Shown: positions 30,171 through 39,711 of the stretch, piece by piece | How the letters are laid out: the number at the start of each line of letters is the position of its first letter | How positions within the stretch are numbered: the stretch's first letter is position 1 | NCBI GenBank assembly: GCA_049968255.1 | Contig: JBMFRB010000011.1 | Location: 1-50,805 of the forward strand | DNA from: Candidatus Sumerlaeaceae bacterium | Lineage (GTDB): Bacteria > Sumerlaeota > Sumerlaeia > Sumerlaeales > Sumerlaeaceae | Length of the DNA stretch: 50,805 nt | Reading direction: 5' to 3' | The notes under the pieces: model-generated | The model's input: only the letters and a program-made list of their open reading frames with translations | What the model was told of the DNA's origin: nothing | Databases searched by the model: none | Translations under genes and position numbers: made by a program

Positions 30171-30403
30171 TGAGAAGCCAGTAAAAAATACGACTCCTGT
30201 CGAAGCTGCAGCGCTCTCTGCGTCGCTCTTCATCTACGGGGGGAAGCCGCACTAGTCATTGCTTCTCTGCAAGCTTGGGTTGACAGCGATTGGCTCAAAA
30301 CTACTAGCGTCGAACAAACGAAACGGAGAGTAACCGACTGTGAGAAGCCTCAATGAAATTCGAGGTGAAAAATTTCGAAGCAACGACCGAGGAAGGGGGG
30401 ACT

Positions 30404-31123
30404 GTGGCTAAGCCAATAACAAGCCTCAGCATCTTTTTCCCCTGCTACAATGACGGCGGCACAATTGGTTCGCTCGTGTTGGCAGCATTGGAGACCGCTG
30501 AAAAGGTAACCGATGACTATGAGGTGATCGTGGTGGACGACGGTAGCACCGACATGAGTCGCACGGTCTTGCAAGAGCTGGCTGAACGCTATCCCGAGCA
30601 TGTCCGCCTCGTTTTCCACGAGAAGAATCGCGGCTATGGTGGCGCCCTTCGTTCAGGCTTTGCCAACGCGTCAAAAGAATGGGTTTTTTACACAGATGGA
30701 GACGCTCAATATGATCCCAGAGAGCTAATGCTGCTCGTGGAGAAAACGCGTCCGGACGTTGATGTTGTCCAGGGTTACAAGATAAAGCGCCACGATCCAG
30801 TGCATCGTATCGTCATAGGCAAGCTCTATCACTGGGTCATGAAGCTGCTGTTTAATTTGAAAATTCGTGACGTGGATTGCGACTTTCGCCTTATTCGCAA
30901 GGCAGCTCTCGAGAAAATTATTCTCACGCAAGATAGCGGAGTGATCTGCCTTGAATTGGTGCGCAAGCTTCAAAGCTCGGGTGCACGTTTCGAGGAGGTC
31001 GGTGTCAGTCATTTCTTTCGCATGTATGGAAAATCGCAGTTCTTCAATTTTCGTCGCATTGCAGCAGTGGGCGTTGGCGTCATGAGGCTTTGGTGGCATC
31101 TAGTCGTCTTGAGGAAAGGATGA
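30404..31123 (+). CDS. Glycosyltransferase family 2, polyprenol-phosphate glycosyltransferase (DPM1/ArnC-like) type
   Basis: FFPCYND, VDDGSTD, NRGYGGALRSG, TDGDAQY, DVDCDFRL; GTG 30404 has a strong SD, ATG 30353 is an alternative start. Confidence 0.9.
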   Translation: MAKPITSLSIFFPCYNDGGTIGSLVLAALETAEKVTDDYEVIVVDDGSTDMSRTVLQELAERYPEHVRLVFHEKNRGYGGALRSGFANASKEWVFYTDGDAQYDPRELMLLVEKTRPDVDVVQGYKIKRHDPVHRIVIGKLYHWVMKLLFNLKIRDVDCDFRLIRKAALEKIILTQDSGVICLELVRKLQSSGARFEEVGVSHFFRMYGKSQFFNFRRIAAVGVGVMRLWWHLVVLRKG

Positions 31124-32226
31124 GGCTGATGAAGTCGTTTCTCCTTGAGACCTTGCGTACAGAGGACCCGAAGCGGCTTGAGTCATTCATGACCTTTTAC
31201 GGCGGCAAGAAGGTGATGATTACGGGGGGAATGGGTTTCATTGGCAGCAATCTGGCCATCGCCCTCGTTGAACTCGGTGCCCGCGTTCTCATCGTGGATT
31301 CGATGATCCCTGAGTATGGCGGCAACACCTTCAATATCGAACCCGTGCGCGATCGCGTTCAGGTCAACATCTCCGATGTGCGTGACCGGACGAGCATGAA
31401 TTATCTCATTCGGGATCAGGATCTGCTTTTCAATCTGGCGGGCACTCTGAGCCACGTGGACAGCATGAAGGATCCCTTCACGGATCTTGAAATCAACTGT
31501 GTGAGCCAGCTTTCGATCCTGGAATCATGCCGACAGTTCAACCCACAAATCAAAATTGTGTTTGCGGGGACGCGGGGGCAATACGGACGCACACATGGCA
31601 GGCCAGTAAACGAAGAATTCCCCATGCGCCCTGTGGATGTGAATGGCATCAACAACATTGCCGGCGAAGCTTACCATCTACTCTACAACGATGTGTATGG
31701 GATCCCGGCCTGTTCGCTGCGCATGACAAACACCTTTGGTCCCCGTCACCAAATGCGTCATCATCGTCAGGGGGTGCTGAACTGGTTTTTGCGCCAGCTT
31801 ATAGACGGCGAGAAAATTCGCCTCTATGGTACGGGGACTCAAGTGCGCGACATCAACTACGTTTCGGACGTCGTTGAGGCGCTTCTTATCGCCATGGCTG
31901 AGGAGCGTACTAACGGCCAAGCCTTCAATCTTGGCGGCCAGCCACTCAGCCTCAGGCAATTTGTCGAGCTTGCGATCGAGATCAATGGTAGCGGAGAATA
32001 CGAACTTGTGCCCTTCCCGCCCAATGCCAAGGTCATCGAGCCAGGCGATTATATCGCGGATTACTCAAAGTTTCACAAGCTTACCGGTTGGAAGCCGCGG
32101 GTCAGCGTGCGCGAGGGGATTCGTCGCACTTTCGAGTACTACCGCCTATACAAAGATTGGTACTGGGGCGAGAATCCCGCCGGCGTACCGCCATGCCCAG
32201 CAGAGAAAATGCCATGGGGAGCTTGA
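31120..32226 (+). CDS. NAD-dependent epimerase/dehydratase (extended SDR) with non-canonical active site
   Basis: ITGGMGFIGS Rossmann motif, FNLAG, LRMTNTFGP, RDINYVSD; ATGA overlap with the upstream GT. Confidence 0.9.
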   Translation: MRLMKSFLLETLRTEDPKRLESFMTFYGGKKVMITGGMGFIGSNLAIALVELGARVLIVDSMIPEYGGNTFNIEPVRDRVQVNISDVRDRTSMNYLIRDQDLLFNLAGTLSHVDSMKDPFTDLEINCVSQLSILESCRQFNPQIKIVFAGTRGQYGRTHGRPVNEEFPMRPVDVNGINNIAGEAYHLLYNDVYGIPACSLRMTNTFGPRHQMRHHRQGVLNWFLRQLIDGEKIRLYGTGTQVRDINYVSDVVEALLIAMAEERTNGQAFNLGGQPLSLRQFVELAIEINGSGEYELVPFPPNAKVIEPGDYIADYSKFHKLTGWKPRVSVREGIRRTFEYYRLYKDWYWGENPAGVPPCPAEKMPWGA

Positions 32227-32231
32227 GCAAA

Positions 32232-33338
32232 ATGCGTCGAATTCCTTTTGGAGACCTCTCGCGCCACTACGCCTGCTTGCGCGAGGAGATCGATTCATCC
32301 ATTCGGCGAGTGTTGGAGCGAGGGTGGTTCGTCCTGGGTGAGGAAGGCAAACAATTCGAAGAAGAGTGGGCAACATTCGTCGGTGCGACGGAAGCTGTGG
32401 GCTGCGGCTCAGGAACGGAGGCGATTCATCTCGCCCTCTGGGCGCATGGCGTGGGACCTGGGGATTATGTGGTCACAGTGCCCAACACGTGCGTGCCCAC
32501 CGTCGCAGGCATTTCGCTAACTGGCGCAAAGGTCTTGCTGTGTGATGTAAATCCGGAAACCGCTCTCATGGATCCAGCATGGCTGGAAGATATTTTAGCA
32601 AAATATCCTGTCAAAGCTGTCGTCCCTGTCCACCTTTACGGCACGCCGGCCGACCTTTCGCGGATTGCCGGCCTCGCCGCGCAATACGGCGCTATTGTGG
32701 TGGACGACGCAGCCCAAGCACATGCGGCGAAATATCGCGGCCGGCCGGTGGGGGCCCAAGGTTTCACGACGTGTTGGAGCTTTTACCCGTCAAAGAATCT
32801 CGGTGCTTTCGGCGATGCTGGTGCGGTGACCGCACACTCGCCGCAAATTGCCGAGCGCCTTCGCATGCTGCGAAACTATGGGCAAGAGCGTCGCTATTAC
32901 CACAAAATTCCAGGAACAAACAGCAGGTTGGATGAGATTCAGGCCGCAATCCTGCGCGTAAAGCTGCCGCATCTGGCGCAGTGGACAGCGCGCCGCGAAG
33001 AGATAGCTAAGAGGTATCGTTCCGAAATCAAAAACTCGGCCCTATGCCACTTTGCTATCCCTGCAAACGTTTCGCCGTGCTATCATCTTTATCCAGTGCG
33101 CACTTCCGCACGGGAAAAGTTTATCGGTTTCATGGCCGAGAAAGGCGTGGAATGTCTGGTTCATTATCCCGTGCCTATCCATCTTCAGGAAGCTTATCAG
33201 TATCTGGGCTATCGGAAGGGCGACTTCCCCAATGCTGAGCGGCTTTGCGACGAAGTTGTCTCCCTGCCGATGTTCCCCGAGCTCACGGACGAAGAGGTCG
33301 ATCACGTTATCCACGCGGCAAACGCTTACGAAGGTTGA
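32232..33338 (+). CDS. DegT/DnrJ/EryC1/StrS sugar aminotransferase
   Basis: GSGTEAI, PVHLYG, DDAAQAH, SFYPSKNLG (PLP Lys), NSRLDEIQAA, SLPMFP; start may be 32214 or 32223. Confidence 0.94.
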   Translation: MRRIPFGDLSRHYACLREEIDSSIRRVLERGWFVLGEEGKQFEEEWATFVGATEAVGCGSGTEAIHLALWAHGVGPGDYVVTVPNTCVPTVAGISLTGAKVLLCDVNPETALMDPAWLEDILAKYPVKAVVPVHLYGTPADLSRIAGLAAQYGAIVVDDAAQAHAAKYRGRPVGAQGFTTCWSFYPSKNLGAFGDAGAVTAHSPQIAERLRMLRNYGQERRYYHKIPGTNSRLDEIQAAILRVKLPHLAQWTARREEIAKRYRSEIKNSALCHFAIPANVSPCYHLYPVRTSAREKFIGFMAEKGVECLVHYPVPIHLQEAYQYLGYRKGDFPNAERLCDEVVSLPMFPELTDEEVDHVIHAANAYEG

Positions 33339-33613
33339 CGAACTCAATGTGCTCGCAACATCTGTCGCCATCTGAATAATTTCGCGGCTAGAGTGACGCA
33401 TTGCCCCATAAAAATTTTACAAAGGCACCTTGTGATTCAACTGGGGAAGAGCACCGACAGGCCTAGGCGCGACTACTCTTGCCGCAGGAGAGACGGGGGG
33501 GCTCATAGTCTCGTGCTCACAAGTGAGCGCGATAACACCACCTGTGCGTGAAGTGCCTCATTGCGGGGTAGACAATGCGAGGCCCCTGTCGTCGCTCAGG
33601 CTTCCCGCAAGGA

Positions 33614-35068
33614 TTACTTTTTCTTTCGCTGTTTTTGCCTGCGGATTTGCTGCTGGCGCTGGCGCCGCTCGAAGAGTTTACGCTGCAAGCGCTTGGCGCG
33701 CTCGCGTGCCGAGAGATTCGCACCCGTGATGCTCGCTGGCGCGCCCTGCCCGTCAGGCCCTGCAGCTCGCACTCGGTCCTGAAGCTTCATTACGCCCTGC
33801 ATCATCTTTCGCGCGTGCTCGAACTGCTGAAGAAGTGCGTTCACATGCTGCGGAGTTGTGCCGCTGCCTCGCGCGATGCGAAGCCTTCGTCGGCCGTCAA
33901 TGATCGAGGGATTGCGTCGCTCCTCCGGCGTCATGGAGAGAATGATCGCCTCCGTGCGCTTCATTTCGCTCTCGGGGATATCCACGTCTTTCAACGCGCT
34001 TCCCACGCCTGGCAGGAGCTCAAGTAAATTGCGCAGCGGCCCCATCTTTTTCAGTTGTTGCATCTGTGAAAGGAAATCTTCGAGGTCGAAGCTTGCGGTG
34101 CGCATTTTGCGCGCCAAATTTGCCGCCTGTTTTTCGTCGAAATGCTCTTGGGCTTTTTCCACGAGGGAGACGACGTCGCCCATGCCGAGGATTCGGCTGG
34201 CCATGCGATCAGGGAAAAACTCTTGCAGATCATCAAGCTTCTCGCCCGTGCCAATGAACTTCACTGGCTTACCAGTCATCGCATGGATCGAAAGCGCGGC
34301 ACCGCCTCGTGCGTCGCCGTCCATCTTCGTCAGGCAAACGCCGTCAATTCCCACTTTTTCGTGGAATGTGGCTGCGCTCGTCACCGCATCCTGGCCTGTC
34401 ATCGCATCAGCCACAAGGAAGGTAAACGACGGCTTCACGGCTTGCTTGATTGCGGCTAGTTCGTCCATGCGCACTTCGTCGATGTGCAGGCGACCTGCCG
34501 TGTCCACGATGATCAAATTGTGGCCATGTTGGCGCGCGTATTCGAGCCCAGCGTTTGCGATTTCTGGCGCAGGCTTATCCGTGCCTTGGCTGAAGACATC
34601 CACCCCTGCGGCCTCGCCAACGACGTGCAGCTGGTGCACCGCTGCAGGCCGGTGAATATCGCAGGCCACCAGCAGCGGCTTCCATCCCTCTTTGGCGAAC
34701 CGTTTTGCAAGCTTGCCGCAAAAGGTCGTCTTGCCGCTCCCTTGCAGACCCAGCATAAGGATGACATGTGTCTTTCCCGGCTCGAGATGGAACGGCGGAT
34801 TGTTGCCGCCGAGCACTTCGACCAGCTCATCGTAAATGATCTTCACCATCTGCTGGCCAGGAGTCACCGAGGTCAGAACTTCTGTTCCGAGCGCCTTTTC
34901 TTGCACACGCGCCAGGAAATCCTTGACCACCTTATAGTTCACGTCTGCCTCGAGCAGGGCCATCTTTACGTCGCGCATCGCTTGCTTGACGTTGGCCTCG
35001 GTGATCTGGCCTTGCCCGCGCAGATTCTTGAAAACAGATTCCAGCTTTTCTGTTAGGCTTTCGAACAT
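33614..35068 (-). CDS. ffh: Signal recognition particle protein Ffh
   Basis: MFESL, ALLEADV, GLQGSGKTT, DTAGR, TKMDGDARGG, RILGMGD, M domain; basic C-terminal tail. Confidence 0.97.
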   Translation of the reverse strand: MFESLTEKLESVFKNLRGQGQITEANVKQAMRDVKMALLEADVNYKVVKDFLARVQEKALGTEVLTSVTPGQQMVKIIYDELVEVLGGNNPPFHLEPGKTHVILMLGLQGSGKTTFCGKLAKRFAKEGWKPLLVACDIHRPAAVHQLHVVGEAAGVDVFSQGTDKPAPEIANAGLEYARQHGHNLIIVDTAGRLHIDEVRMDELAAIKQAVKPSFTFLVADAMTGQDAVTSAATFHEKVGIDGVCLTKMDGDARGGAALSIHAMTGKPVKFIGTGEKLDDLQEFFPDRMASRILGMGDVVSLVEKAQEHFDEKQAANLARKMRTASFDLEDFLSQMQQLKKMGPLRNLLELLPGVGSALKDVDIPESEMKRTEAIILSMTPEERRNPSIIDGRRRLRIARGSGTTPQHVNALLQQFEHARKMMQGVMKLQDRVRAAGPDGQGAPASITGANLSARERAKRLQRKLFERRQRQQQIRRQKQRKKK

Positions 35069-35196
35069 AATGTCACGTTATGATGCTGTGTCTCGAAAGG
35101 CTTATTCGCTTCGAAGTGGAAAATGCACCCGGCGCTAAAGTACACACGAACTGCACCACCAGCCTCTCGACAATTCGCCGCTGCCGATAACCCGTT

Positions 35197-36984
35197 TCAA
35201 GCAAGTTCCGCTGCTGGTGTCGCAGCTTCAGCCGGCGGGGCTCCACGCAGGCCCCGCCAAGTGACCAAAGCCTCGATGATAAGCCACACGGCCAGACCAA
35301 TGAGTGTGAGCACAATAAGAAACTGCAAATGATGGATGAGAGCAATCTGCTGCCCCGACCTCCAGCGAGCCACGTAGGGACCGATCATGAGAATGAGGCT
35401 CCACAGCGTGACGACCATCATAAACACTGCGGGCCACAACGTGAGCCAATAGGCCATGCCCTTGCGCGCCAGCCACACGGTCACACCCAGCAGTGTCAGC
35501 GCGGCAAGCAATTGGTTCGAACTGCCAAAGATATTCCAGAACACTTTCCATAACGGCAGCGCTTTGCCGTCCACAATCACGCGCGGCAGCGCGATGGCAA
35601 TGGCCGGCAGCGCCAAACAAAGCAAAGTTGCGATCACCGCTTGGCGGCGCGTTGTCCAACCGAAAAGCTCCATCAGCACGTAGCGCGCTAAGCGTGTGCA
35701 GGCATCGAGCGTGTCAAAAACAAATGTCGCAAAGCACAGCAATGCGAATTGATAAAGCACGTGGAATGGGTTCGTCCCGGCCGGCAACAAAGGGGTGATC
35801 AGTTGGGCTGCGTAGCTCGCGATTCCGTTGGCGTAAATCGCGTCGGCATTCGCCTTTTGCTGCCCTGGCGCGAGAATCATCACCGTGGTCAGACTCAGGC
35901 ATGCAAAGAAACCTTCTAGCAGCATGCCGCCGTAGGCCACAACCTTCGCATCCACTTCGCGGTCGAGCTGCTTGCTCGTGGTGCCGCTGGCCACAATGCT
36001 GTGGAAGCCCGAGCACGCGCCACAAGCCACCGTGATGAACAAAATCGGAAGCATTGGGAGAGCTCCGCCAAACGAGGCTTCCTTTGCCACCCATCCCTTG
36101 AAAACAGGCGCCTGAATGGTAAATGTGCCGGTCAATGCGCCCGCGAGGAGGCCCAAAACACCGGTTCCCATAACGATATAAAGGAAATACCCTCCCAGTT
36201 CACCACGCGGTTGCAGCAGCAACCACACCGGAACCATGGCAGCAACGAAGCAATAGCCGAGGAGAATGTAGCCCCACACCTGCTGCACCTGTTGCTGATT
36301 AGCCGCCGACATAAATTTCCCAAGATCGATGGGCAGCCACGGGCCTACCACAATGGAAAGCGCGACAAGCGGAAGGAAAATCATTTTGGCACGCACTGGC
36401 CCGATGGGCGTGAAGCGCAGCACCAGCCCCATGAGGAACGCCAGCCCCAGGTAGAGCGTGGACGAAGTCGCCACTGCTGGACCAGGCGCTTCGGCACTCG
36501 CCGCGTTCCCTGTTTGCACAAATGTGCCGGCAGTCACATCCGTGAACGCCACGATCACGTAGATAAGTGCGCACCAAATAAAAATCAGAAAGAGAGTGTG
36601 AGCCCGCGGCGTCATGTAAGCGCGCACAATCTCTCCAACAGAACGCCCCTGATGGCGCACACTTGCCAGAAGCGCCGTAAAATCATGGATTCCACCAATG
36701 AGAACAGATCCGATAATAATCCAAAGCCATGTGGGTCCCCACCCAAAATAGATTCCCGCGAGGATGGGGCCGACAATGGGCCCGGCCGCAGCGATGGCAG
36801 AAAAATGCTGCGGGAGCAAATAGGAGGCGCGTGCCGGCTCGTAGTCAAGGCCATCGCGCCGCAGATGAGCAGGCGTTGTTTTGTCCGCGCTGAGCCGAAA
36901 CAATCGTTGCAGAAACCGGCCGATGACGATGTAGGATATTAACAAAATAGCGAATGATGCCACAATGAAAGCCACCAAACCCAT
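35197..36984 (-). CDS. cstA: Carbon starvation protein A family transporter
   Basis: TPAH..DGLDY, HFSAIAAAGPIVGP, PVWLLLQPR, ACGACSGFH, FGSSNQLLA; many TM helices. Confidence 0.93.
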   Translation of the reverse strand: MGLVAFIVASFAILLISYIVIGRFLQRLFRLSADKTTPAHLRRDGLDYEPARASYLLPQHFSAIAAAGPIVGPILAGIYFGWGPTWLWIIIGSVLIGGIHDFTALLASVRHQGRSVGEIVRAYMTPRAHTLFLIFIWCALIYVIVAFTDVTAGTFVQTGNAASAEAPGPAVATSSTLYLGLAFLMGLVLRFTPIGPVRAKMIFLPLVALSIVVGPWLPIDLGKFMSAANQQQVQQVWGYILLGYCFVAAMVPVWLLLQPRGELGGYFLYIVMGTGVLGLLAGALTGTFTIQAPVFKGWVAKEASFGGALPMLPILFITVACGACSGFHSIVASGTTSKQLDREVDAKVVAYGGMLLEGFFACLSLTTVMILAPGQQKANADAIYANGIASYAAQLITPLLPAGTNPFHVLYQFALLCFATFVFDTLDACTRLARYVLMELFGWTTRRQAVIATLLCLALPAIAIALPRVIVDGKALPLWKVFWNIFGSSNQLLAALTLLGVTVWLARKGMAYWLTLWPAVFMMVVTLWSLILMIGPYVARWRSGQQIALIHHLQFLIVLTLIGLAVWLIIEALVTWRGLRGAPPAEAATPAAELA

Positions 36985-37338
36985 GGCCTCTTGCCTCCGT
37001 GTGTTTTCATCACTCCTATGTGCTTGCGCGCATTTTTCATTCTGTTCGGCCGCCTAGAACGGGGGACGGCCCTCCGTCTTTTGACCGACCATCACATAGC
37101 TTATGTCGTTGTTGAACAAATGCACGCCAAAAGCAACTCATTGTCTCTCTTGCTCCGGCATCCCTTCACGTGCGATCGCTCTCCCCAAGATGTTCGCGGC
37201 TTGGCTAAGGTCGCGCTTTCACAACATTTGTAAGCCGATCAAGAGCAGAGGTTCTTGGAACGAGCCGAGCCAAATCTGGCCAGCGCACGCTTTTGCTTGC
37301 TTCCCGACCCGAACGATGGTCGTTGTCGATGTCGGGTT

Positions 37339-37356
37339 GTGCGAACATGTTCGCAC
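37339..37356. promoter_or_regulatory. Perfect 18-bp palindrome upstream of purM, candidate operator
   Basis: GTGCGAACATGTTCGCAC equals its own reverse complement; ends 25 nt before the purM ATG. Confidence 0.45.
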
Positions 37357-37381
37357 GGCGATTTTCCCTCAGAGGTTCTTC

Positions 37382-38407
37382 ATGGCACGCAAGAAAGCCG
37401 TTACCTATGCCGAAGCCGGGGTGGACATTGTTGTCGCTGATGAATTCGTGAACTACATCCGTTCAAAAAAGCCTGCCATTGGTGGTTTCAGCGGACTTTA
37501 CCGATTGCCAAATGTGCGCAGCATGAAACGCCCCATGCTAGTTGGGTCCACCGACGGCGTCGGCACAAAACTCCTCATTGCCAAAGCGCTTCGCCGCTTC
37601 GACACGATCGGCATTGACCTTGTGGCGATGGTGGCGAACGATCTCATCACCTGCGGCGCGAAGCCCCTGTTCTTCCTCGACTACTACGCCACGGGTAAAC
37701 TCACGCTCGACGAAGCCAAAGCGATTTTCGACGGAATCCTTGCCGGATGCGAGCAAGCCCAAATGGAAATGCTCGGCGGCGAAACAGCAGAGCTGCCCGG
37801 CCTTTACGCGCATGGCGATTTTGATCTTGCTGGCTTTGGGGTTGGCCTCGTGGACGGGGTTCACGTTCTCGACGGAAGCAAGATCAGGCCCGGAGACCTT
37901 GTCTTCGGCTTCGAATCCAGCGGTCTACATGCGAACGGTTATTCGCTTGTGCGCAAAGTGCTGCTCGAACAGGCCGCCATGAAGCTCACCACTTGCGTGC
38001 GTGAGCTAAGTGCTACGCTGGGCGAAGTGCTGCTTACGCCCACGCGGATTTACGTCGCTCTCGTGGAAGCACTTCGCAAGGCCAAGGTGGCCGTGAAGGC
38101 TTACGCCCACATCACCGGCGGCGGCATCCCCGGCAATCTCTGTCGCGTGTTGCCAAAAAACATGGACGCCGTGGTTTACAAAAACCGCTGGGAGACTCCC
38201 CCCATCTTCAAGCTCATCCAGCGCTGCGGCCCAGTGGACTACGAGGAGATGCTGGCCACGTTCAACATGGGCATAGGGTTCATGGCCGTGGCCCCGGAGG
38301 CGGAGAAGGAACGGCTAGTGCGCGTGGCTCAGCGCCTAGGCCAGCATGTGCATCTTGTGGGAGAAATCGTGAAAGGCAGCGGAAAGGTAAGGGTGGAGAT
38401 CGAATGA
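37382..38407 (+). CDS. purM: Phosphoribosylformylglycinamidine cyclo-ligase
   Basis: TYAEAGVDI, STDGVGTK, GGETAELPG, SSGLHANG, HITGGG, TFNMGIG; start ATG 37382. Confidence 0.96.
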   Translation: MARKKAVTYAEAGVDIVVADEFVNYIRSKKPAIGGFSGLYRLPNVRSMKRPMLVGSTDGVGTKLLIAKALRRFDTIGIDLVAMVANDLITCGAKPLFFLDYYATGKLTLDEAKAIFDGILAGCEQAQMEMLGGETAELPGLYAHGDFDLAGFGVGLVDGVHVLDGSKIRPGDLVFGFESSGLHANGYSLVRKVLLEQAAMKLTTCVRELSATLGEVLLTPTRIYVALVEALRKAKVAVKAYAHITGGGIPGNLCRVLPKNMDAVVYKNRWETPPIFKLIQRCGPVDYEEMLATFNMGIGFMAVAPEAEKERLVRVAQRLGQHVHLVGEIVKGSGKVRVEIE

Positions 38408-39711
38408 ACAAGTCTTTGCAAAAGGTTCTCGTGATCGGCGGTGGGGGGCGGGAGCATGCTATCGTTTGGAAACTCCGGCAAAGTCCGCGCGTCGGACCCA
38501 TCTACTGCACACCAGGCAACGCCGGAATTGCCCGTGATGCCATTTGCTTCGATGCGCCCTGGGGTGAAAACTTCAGCAACTTGGTACAGCGCGCCCTTAG
38601 CCTTGGAATTGATTACACCATTGTCGGGCCTGAAGCTCCCCTGGCCGAGGGCATTGTCGATGCGTTCGAAGCGGCAGGATTAAAAATTTTTGGACCATCG
38701 CGCGAAGCCGCTCGCCTCGAAGCCAGCAAGAGCTTTGCCAAGGAAATCATGCAAGCAGCGCGCATTCCCACGGCTATGGCCCAGACGTTCACGGATCCCA
38801 AGCAGGCGCAAAAGTTTGCACGCGAGCTAGGGGCGCCCGTCATTGTCAAAGCCGACGGTCTGGCTGCCGGCAAAGGCGTTGTGGTGGCGCGCACGCTCGA
38901 AGAAGCCTATGAGGCAATCCGGCGTAATCTCGTCGAGCGACAATTTGGTGCCGCCAGCCAACGTATCGTCGTCGAGGAATTCCTCGAAGGCGAAGAGGCC
39001 AGCATTATGGCATTCACCGATGGCAACGTGATTCTCCCTATGGCCAGTGCTCAGGATCATAAGCGACTGCACGATGGCGACATCGGCCCGAACACTGGCG
39101 GCATGGGTGCTTATAGCCCTGCGCCGGTCGTGACCGAGGAGATTTTAGAAGAGGTCCGCGAGACTGTGTTTCTGCCTCTCCTCGAAGAACTCCAACGCCG
39201 CGGGATTGTTTACAAAGGCGTCATTTATGCTGGTCTCATGATCACCGAGGAAGGGCCGCGTGTGCTCGAATTCAATTGCCGTTTTGGCGATCCAGAAACG
39301 CAAGTCGTTCTGCCGCGCTTGCGCAATGACCTGCTCGACATCGTGGAGGCCGTGTGCGACGGGCGTCTGTGCGAGCACCACCTGGAGTGGGACCCGCGCG
39401 TGGCCGTGTGTGTGGTCATGGCTGCGCGCGGTTATCCCGAAGCCCCTGAAAAGGGTGCTGTCATTGAGGGCGTCGAGGACGTGATGCTTGATGGCCGCGT
39501 GCTTGTTTTCCACGCCGGCACCGCCCAGCGCGGAGGGGATTTCGTCGTGGCGGGCGGACGAGTGCTTGGTATCACGGCGCTTCATACCTCCTTACCCCGC
39601 GCACTGCATCTGGCCTATCAGGAGCTCCAGCGCATCCATTTCGACGGCGCCCACTATCGGCGCGATATAGGCCACCGTGCCCTCGATTACCCAGCCGACG
39701 GTGCCGACTGA
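38404..39711 (+). CDS. purD: Phosphoribosylamine-glycine ligase
   Basis: GGGGREHA, VGPEAPL, KADGLAAGKGV, QDHKR, NTGGMG, EFNCRFGDPE; ATGA overlap with purM. Confidence 0.97.
   Translation: MNKSLQKVLVIGGGGREHAIVWKLRQSPRVGPIYCTPGNAGIARDAICFDAPWGENFSNLVQRALSLGIDYTIVGPEAPLAEGIVDAFEAAGLKIFGPSREAARLEASKSFAKEIMQAARIPTAMAQTFTDPKQAQKFARELGAPVIVKADGLAAGKGVVVARTLEEAYEAIRRNLVERQFGAASQRIVVEEFLEGEEASIMAFTDGNVILPMASAQDHKRLHDGDIGPNTGGMGAYSPAPVVTEEILEEVRETVFLPLLEELQRRGIVYKGVIYAGLMITEEGPRVLEFNCRFGDPETQVVLPRLRNDLLDIVEAVCDGRLCEHHLEWDPRVAVCVVMAARGYPEAPEKGAVIEGVEDVMLDGRVLVFHAGTAQRGGDFVVAGGRVLGITALHTSLPRALHLAYQELQRIHFDGAHYRRDIGHRALDYPADGAD

Noticed and set aside
30280-30308. Internal promoter of the glycan cluster
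   Set aside because: TTGACA is perfect but no convincing -10 at 16-18 nt; too weak to call.
33339-33613. SRP RNA next to ffh
   Set aside because: The conserved CAGG-GGAA-AGCAG helix motif is absent; only short inverted repeats such as GCTCAC-AA-GTGAGC.
37343-37352. LexA SOS box
   Set aside because: Spacing is GAAC-N2-GTTC, not N4.
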